The position numbers were made by a program, and so were the translations under genes. 64,000 nt of DNA from Anaerolineae bacterium (GTDB taxonomy: Bacteria; Chloroflexota; Anaerolineae; J102), in contig JALXCB010000054.1 in assembly GCA_026991225.1 (NCBI GenBank), positions 4,277 to 68,276 on the forward strand, given 5' to 3'. Under the pieces are notes generated by a model, which saw only the letters and a program-made list of their open reading frames with translations, made no database searches and had not been told where the DNA came from. Positions 58,895 through 64,000 of this stretch are shown here, piece after piece. How positions within the stretch are numbered: the stretch's first letter is position 1; each line of letters opens with the position of its first letter.

Positions 58895-59332
58895 ATGTCC
58901 GATATCGATTTTGATCCCATCACCGACCGTTTCATCGCGCTGATGATACGCTTGCGGCAACACATGCCCGAGAAGGCCCCGCCCCTGGCAGCGGGCATTT
59001 CCCCGACCCAGGTCGCCATCCTGGCCCATGTGGCTGAATCCCCCGGCTGCGGCGTCAAGGAGATCGCCCGGGCGTTGGGGCTGTCCGCGCCTTCCATCAG
59101 CGTCAGCGTGCGCCAACTGGAAGCGAAGGAGCTGCTGTCTCGGCAGCCGCATCCTCGCGATCGTCGGGCGGTGCAGCTTTTTCTGACGCCCGAAGGACAG
59201 GCGTTGCATGAGCAGACGACGGCCTTCCAGCGGGAGTTTTTCGCCCGGCTGCTGAAAGGACTGGACGCCCAGGAGCAAGCGCAATTGGTTTCACTCTTGG
59301 AAAAGGCGCTGGGCTCGACGCAGGCATCCTAG
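58895..59332 (+). CDS. MarR-family regulator
   Basis: ISPTQVAIL...DRRAVQLFLTPEG. Confidence 0.92.
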   Translation: MSDIDFDPITDRFIALMIRLRQHMPEKAPPLAAGISPTQVAILAHVAESPGCGVKEIARALGLSAPSISVSVRQLEAKELLSRQPHPRDRRAVQLFLTPEGQALHEQTTAFQREFFARLLKGLDAQEQAQLVSLLEKALGSTQAS

Positions 59333-59334
59333 CG

Positions 59335-59430
59335 CCTGCTATGAAAATAAAGTAATCAGTGGAAATCTGCGAAGCATCTGCGAAAATCTGCGTTCTCATT
59401 TTCATCGGTATCGGCGCTGGCGCGCCAGCC
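59335..59430 (+). repeat. Short scaffold unit with nonamer (ATCTGCG) cargo
   Basis: CCTGCTATGAAAATA...TTTTCATCGGTATCGGCG, like 38213-38328. Confidence 0.8.
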
Positions 59431-59524
59431 GTTGGACTGGTTTGAGAACAAAGCAACCCAGAGCGCACTGAGCACTTTTCTCCATTCCTGGTCACAACCC
59501 CATCCCAAAAGGAGACTTTATCCT

Positions 59525-60709
59525 GTGTTCAATCCTTATCTCTTTTCCGCCATTTTTTATCTGTTCATCGCCCTGCTCATGGCATTCGATCTGGCTCTGG
59601 TCAACTGGGGCGTATTGCCCGGTTATAGCGGCGTAGCCTGGCTGCGAGTGCATTTCATCACCCTGGGCTTCGTCTCCCAGGCGGTTTTTGGCGCGCTGCC
59701 CTTGTTGCAGGCCGCCCGCCACGGAGCGCCCCGTCCCAGGAGCCGCCTCGATATCTGGGCGCTGCTCAATGCCGGGATCGTGATCCTGCTGGTGGGCATT
59801 CCCATCGTCAACAAGGCGCTGATCTTTACGGGCGGCACGCTGGTTTTTATCGCCGCCATCATGCTGGCGGTGCAACTGCGGGGCATTGCGCGTGCGGGTC
59901 AGGCCCAGGCGCAGAAGGACTGGCCGCGCCGGTTTTATGGCGTCGGCGTGCTGTTTTTGCTGGTGGGCGTCATTATCGGTACGGGCTACTGGCTGGGCTG
60001 GAGCGCGCCCCTGCGGATCACTGCGCCCATCGAAGCCCATGTACACGCCAACAACTGGGGGTTCCTGTCCATGGTTTTCGCAGGCATCCTCATCAGTCTG
60101 GCGCCCGATCTGCTGCATCGCCCCCTGGCTTCAGAGAAGACCATCCGCATCATCTTCTGGGGCATGGTGTTGGGAGCGCTGGGGCTGGTAAGCGGTCCCT
60201 GGTGGGGCGGCGCCCGCTCCATCCCCATTTCGGTCACGGGATTGATCATCCACCTGATCATCACAGGCGTGCTGGTGGCGGTGACCTGGCAGGCGTTTCG
60301 AGCCGCCGGCAAGTTGAATGTGGGCGCCTGGCATCTGCTTCTCGCTTACCTCTGGTTCTTTATGCCCATGTTGATGGCTCCCATCGTGGTGTTCCATCTG
60401 GGCAGCATCCCTGGCGAACGCATCGAAGGCGTTGCGCCTCAGGCGTTGATCTATGGTTGGGCCATGCAATTCGGCCTGGCTATCGTCCCTTATTTCATAG
60501 GGCGTTACCTGCTCAAAAAGGAAAATCCGCAATTGGGCGGTTCGAAATGGAGTCTGGCGCTGGTCAATGCCGGCGCGGCGATCATCTGGCTGGGCATTTT
60601 CCTGAAACCTTACGATGCGGCGCTGTGGGGCGTGGCCTACGCTCTGCTGGGACTGGCCGCTCTCGACGTGTTCCAACGACAGTGGCGAGATCTGGACAGT
60701 CAGCATTAG
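59525..60709 (+). CDS. Polytopic membrane protein, NnrS/heme-copper-oxidase-subunit-I-like
   Basis: About 12 TM helices; RVHFITLGF and EAHVHANNWGF His motifs; AGGAG RBS before GTG. Confidence 0.65.
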   Translation: MFNPYLFSAIFYLFIALLMAFDLALVNWGVLPGYSGVAWLRVHFITLGFVSQAVFGALPLLQAARHGAPRPRSRLDIWALLNAGIVILLVGIPIVNKALIFTGGTLVFIAAIMLAVQLRGIARAGQAQAQKDWPRRFYGVGVLFLLVGVIIGTGYWLGWSAPLRITAPIEAHVHANNWGFLSMVFAGILISLAPDLLHRPLASEKTIRIIFWGMVLGALGLVSGPWWGGARSIPISVTGLIIHLIITGVLVAVTWQAFRAAGKLNVGAWHLLLAYLWFFMPMLMAPIVVFHLGSIPGERIEGVAPQALIYGWAMQFGLAIVPYFIGRYLLKKENPQLGGSKWSLALVNAGAAIIWLGIFLKPYDAALWGVAYALLGLAALDVFQRQWRDLDSQH

Positions 60710-60893
60710 CAACAGCCCGCCGATACCAATGAAAACGCTTCGCGGCCAGAGCCGCGCGGGAAGCCAAGCACGTGATGCGTAATGCGTGATGCGTAACGAC
60801 CTCACAGATTACGCATCACGTCTGTAGCAGACTCGCCCAACGCGGGCTTCGAGGCGCTCTTTCAGACGAACACAACGTTATCTTCGGAACAGC
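60710..60893 (-). repeat. Scaffold repeat element, heptamer cargo
   Basis: CGCCGATACCAATGAAAA...TTCGGAACAG; homologous to 42591-42797. Confidence 0.82.
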
Positions 60894-61002
60894 AGGCTTC
60901 GGAGTGCGAACTCCGGGGCCTTTTTTCATATCTTCCGCATCGACTATAATGACAGATGCTGACTGCTCTTCCCCTTTCACCTTCAGTCAGGATTCTGCGC
61001 TT

Positions 61003-61698
61003 ATGAGCCAACGCATCCTCGTCGTCGATGATGACCGCCAGATCGTGCGCTTGATTCGATCCTATCTGGAGCAAAACGGCTTCGATACGCTGGTCGCGTA
61101 TGATGGCCATGAGGCCTTGCACCTCATCCGGGCGGAGAAGCCCGACCTGGTGGTGCTGGACCTGATGCTCCCGGAGATCGATGGCTGGGAGATCACGCGC
61201 ATCGTGCGGAGCGACCCGAGCATCAGCGCCACGCCCATCATTATGCTCACCGCCCGGGTGGAGGACACCGACCGCATTGTGGGGCTGGAGATGGGCGCGG
61301 ATGATTACATCCCCAAGCCTTTCAACCCGCGCGAGGTGGTGGCGCGAGTGCGGGCGGTGCTGCGCCGCACGCAGGGCGACGCCCGACCGGCGAACATCTT
61401 GCAGGTGGGACCCATCCGCATGGATCTGGACCGCCATCAGGCCACTGTCGACGGCCGGATGCTGGACCTGACTCCGACCGAATTCGATCTGCTCAAGCTG
61501 CTGATGAGCTATCCCGAACGGGCCTTCACCCGCATGGAGATGATCGATCAGGCGCTGGGCTACGCGTACGAAGGCATGGAACGCACCATCGACAGCCATA
61601 TCAAGAATCTGCGCAAGAAGCTGGGCATCTCCAGGGGCGAGCCGGGTTACATCGAAACGGTGTATGGCGTGGGATATCGCCTGGTGGGGGACGCATGA
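61003..61698 (+). CDS. OmpR-family response regulator
   Basis: ILVVDDD, LDLMLP, KPFNPRE and IETVYGVGY motifs. Confidence 0.96.
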   Translation: MSQRILVVDDDRQIVRLIRSYLEQNGFDTLVAYDGHEALHLIRAEKPDLVVLDLMLPEIDGWEITRIVRSDPSISATPIIMLTARVEDTDRIVGLEMGADDYIPKPFNPREVVARVRAVLRRTQGDARPANILQVGPIRMDLDRHQATVDGRMLDLTPTEFDLLKLLMSYPERAFTRMEMIDQALGYAYEGMERTIDSHIKNLRKKLGISRGEPGYIETVYGVGYRLVGDA

Positions 61699-63101
61699 AC
61701 AGGCTCTGGGTGCGGCTGGGACTGGCCTTCGCCGCCGTAGCGCTGTTGGCCATCGCCGCGGTGGGGCTGTTGGCCAATTATCAGCTCACGACGGGCTTCC
61801 ATCGCTATGTAGTCAGCAATCAGGTGGACAAACTGTTGATGCCCGCCCTGGTCACCCATTATCAGCGGACGGGGAGTTGGGCGGGCGTGAAGGACGTGTT
61901 TCAGCGGCTGCCAGGCCCGCAGCGGGGGAAAGGCGGAGGGAAAGATCACGGCAATTCCCCTCAATACACCCTGGCTGACGCGTCGGGGCAGGTGGTCTAT
62001 GATGAAACCGGAAGCGCGCCAGCGAGCCTTTCGCCGAGCCAAAAACGGCAGGCGATCCCTGTCATCGTCGACAACCAGACCGTGGGCTACCTGCTGGTGA
62101 CGCCGGGCGCTGGCGAAAGTCAGGGCCGGGCGGAGGCGGCCTTTCTCGACCTCATCACCCAATCCTTGTTCTGGGCCGGACTGCTGGCCGCAATTCTGGC
62201 CCTGATCCTGGGCTTTTTCGTGGCCCGACAGGTTTCCGCCCCCCTCTCCCGCCTGGCCCGGGCCGCCCGCGCCCTCTCCCAGGGCGATCTCAGCCAGCGG
62301 GCGCCGGTTTCGGGCAGCGAAGAGATCGCCGAGGTCATCATCGCGTTCAATGAGATGGCGGGGGAGTTGGAACGTTCCGAAACGCTGCGCCAGCAGATGA
62401 TCGCGGACATCGCCCACGAATTGCGCACGCCTCTGACAGTGATCCAGGGCAATCTCCAGGCCCTGATCGATGGCGTCTATCCCCTGACGAAAGAAGAGAT
62501 CGCCCAGGTCTATGACGAAACCCTGACTCTGGCCCGGTTGGTGAACGATCTGCGGGCGCTGACCCAGGCCGAGGCGGGACAACTCAGCCTCCATCCCAAT
62601 GAGGTGGACGTCGCGGCGCTGGTGACTCAGGCCCAGGCGGTCTTTCAGGATGCGGCCAGGGAGAAGGAGATCCGTCTGGAAACTGAGATTGCGCCCGACC
62701 TTCCCCTCATGCGGGCCGATATCGATCGGGTGCGGCAGACGCTCTACAACCTCCTCTCCAACGCCTTGCGCCACACCCCCGCGGGCGGAATGGTGCGCAT
62801 CACGGCCCGTCCGGCCTCGCTGCCCGATGGCCGGGGGGGCGTGGAAATCGCGGTGGAGGACACCGGCCCTGGCCTTAGCCCCGAGGAACAGGCCCATGTC
62901 TTCGATCGGTTCTGGCGGGCGGACGCGTCTCGATCGCGAGACCAGGGCGGTTCGGGCCTGGGGCTGACCATCGCCCGGCGTCTCATCGAGGCGCAAGGGG
63001 GCGTCATGGGCGTCGACAGCGAGCCGGGCCAGGGCGCGCGGTTTTGGTTCATCCTGCCCGGCGTCTCACCCGCCCACAACGCCACGGCCATAAAGGAATG
63101 A
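61695..63101 (+). CDS. HAMP sensor histidine kinase (BaeS-like)
   Basis: DIAHELRTPL, NLLSNALRHT, DTGPG and GSGLGL motifs. Confidence 0.96.
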   Translation: MNRLWVRLGLAFAAVALLAIAAVGLLANYQLTTGFHRYVVSNQVDKLLMPALVTHYQRTGSWAGVKDVFQRLPGPQRGKGGGKDHGNSPQYTLADASGQVVYDETGSAPASLSPSQKRQAIPVIVDNQTVGYLLVTPGAGESQGRAEAAFLDLITQSLFWAGLLAAILALILGFFVARQVSAPLSRLARAARALSQGDLSQRAPVSGSEEIAEVIIAFNEMAGELERSETLRQQMIADIAHELRTPLTVIQGNLQALIDGVYPLTKEEIAQVYDETLTLARLVNDLRALTQAEAGQLSLHPNEVDVAALVTQAQAVFQDAAREKEIRLETEIAPDLPLMRADIDRVRQTLYNLLSNALRHTPAGGMVRITARPASLPDGRGGVEIAVEDTGPGLSPEEQAHVFDRFWRADASRSRDQGGSGLGLTIARRLIEAQGGVMGVDSEPGQGARFWFILPGVSPAHNATAIKE

Positions 63102-63137
63102 TAGATCGCTCGATCTTATGAGCCGCGGAGGTTGTCC

Positions 63138-63326
63138 GTGAACGACCAACATCCCTCTCGCACCATCCATCTGCTCACCAACATCTGGAGCAAGGCGGAA
63201 ACGGTCATCCACATCCTGGTGGGACTGACCCTGCCCCTGGCCGCGTTGGGTGGGCTGGGACAGCTGCGGATGTCCAGAATCCCGTCACCCGCCTCATTCA
63301 GCGAAGGGGCGCGGCTGGTTGACTGA
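63138..63326 (+). CDS. Small hypothetical membrane peptide or gene remnant
   Basis: GGAGG RBS, GTG start, one hydrophobic segment. Confidence 0.35.
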   Translation: MNDQHPSRTIHLLTNIWSKAETVIHILVGLTLPLAALGGLGQLRMSRIPSPASFSEGARLVD

Positions 63327-63490
63327 CAAAAGTCTGTGGTCTTTTTCTTCGGTCGCATGGCCCCCTCCAACCTCCCCATCCTGATGTTTGAGGAAATCGC
63401 CGTATCACTTTATAATCTTTGACATATCCGCCCATGATGGCCGGATACGCCGTCAATTTTTCCATTTTCATGCTCACAGGAGGCGCCATC

Positions 63491-64000
63491 ATGAAGAAGT
63501 ATGTTCTCGCTCTCTTCCTCATCCTCGCTTTGGGCTTTATTCTGGCAGCCTGCGCCGCACCGGGCGGCGGTGGCGGCAGTACCGTCAAGGTTGGGGCCGT
63601 GTATCCCCTTTCGGGCGCCACAGCGTCCACCGGGGAAGACCTGAAACAAGGGGTGGAGCTGGCATTGGAGGTCGTGAACAACAAACATGATGATCTGAAT
63701 CTGCCCATGGCCAAGGAAGAAGGGGTGTTGAAGGGCAAGAAGCTGGAGGTTATCTTTGCGGACCACGAAGGTAAGCCCGACAAGGGCAAAGCCGAGGCGG
63801 AGCGCCTCATCACCCAGGAAAAAGTGGCTGCTCTCTTCGGCAGCTACCACAGCTCGGTGACCAAAACCGCGTCCCAGGCCGCGGAGCAGGCGGGCATCCC
63901 CTTCGTCAACGCGGAATCCACCAATGCCCAGCTCACCGAGCGCGGGTTCAAGTGGTTCTTCCGCACCACCCCCCACGACGGCACCTTTGCCGAGAACGCG
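63491..64000 (+). CDS. Branched-chain amino acid ABC substrate-binding lipoprotein (partial)
   Basis: MKKYVL...LAAC, VKVGAVYPLSG, GSYHSSVT and WFFRTTPHD; open to the window end. Confidence 0.9.
   Translation, partial: MKKYVLALFLILALGFILAACAAPGGGGGSTVKVGAVYPLSGATASTGEDLKQGVELALEVVNNKHDDLNLPMAKEEGVLKGKKLEVIFADHEGKPDKGKAEAERLITQEKVAALFGSYHSSVTKTASQAAEQAGIPFVNAESTNAQLTERGFKWFFRTTPHDGTFAENA

Overview
Chromosomal segment of a high-GC bacterium. Gene content and promoter/LexA-box style suggest Chloroflexota (Anaerolineae/Caldilineae-like); this is an inference. It holds about 55 CDSs and no recognisable rRNA, tRNA, CRISPR array or intact transposase. Housekeeping genes include nadE, nfo, rpmB, fakA/degV, msrPQ, parAB and a copper/oxidase-assembly module. 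There are two PIN toxin-antitoxin modules. A GntR-led ygeY-NUDIX-ygeW-arcC-PLP-PLP operon next to a BMP-type nucleoside ABC transporter looks like a variant of the anaerobic purine/ureide catabolic pathway, with no dpaL in the window. The most striking layer is intergenic. Almost every spacer holds a small repeat element built from inverted arrays of 6-, 7-, 8- or 9-mers. (i) A GTAAC...GTTAC MITE family has about 10 copies; five have 8-bp target duplications (three perfect, two 7/8), one has a 15-bp flanking repeat, and two copies are identical. (ii) A non-TIR scaffold element has about 18 full or partial copies; its ends are conserved (CCTGYTNNGAAAATAG ... TTTTCATCGGTATCGGCG-hairpin-CGCCTGCT) and its repeat cargo is interchangeable. 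It overlaps gene stop codons and ribosome-binding sites. (iii) A multi-hairpin cassette occurs beside both toxin-antitoxin modules. All calls were made by eye from the sequence; no database searches were run.
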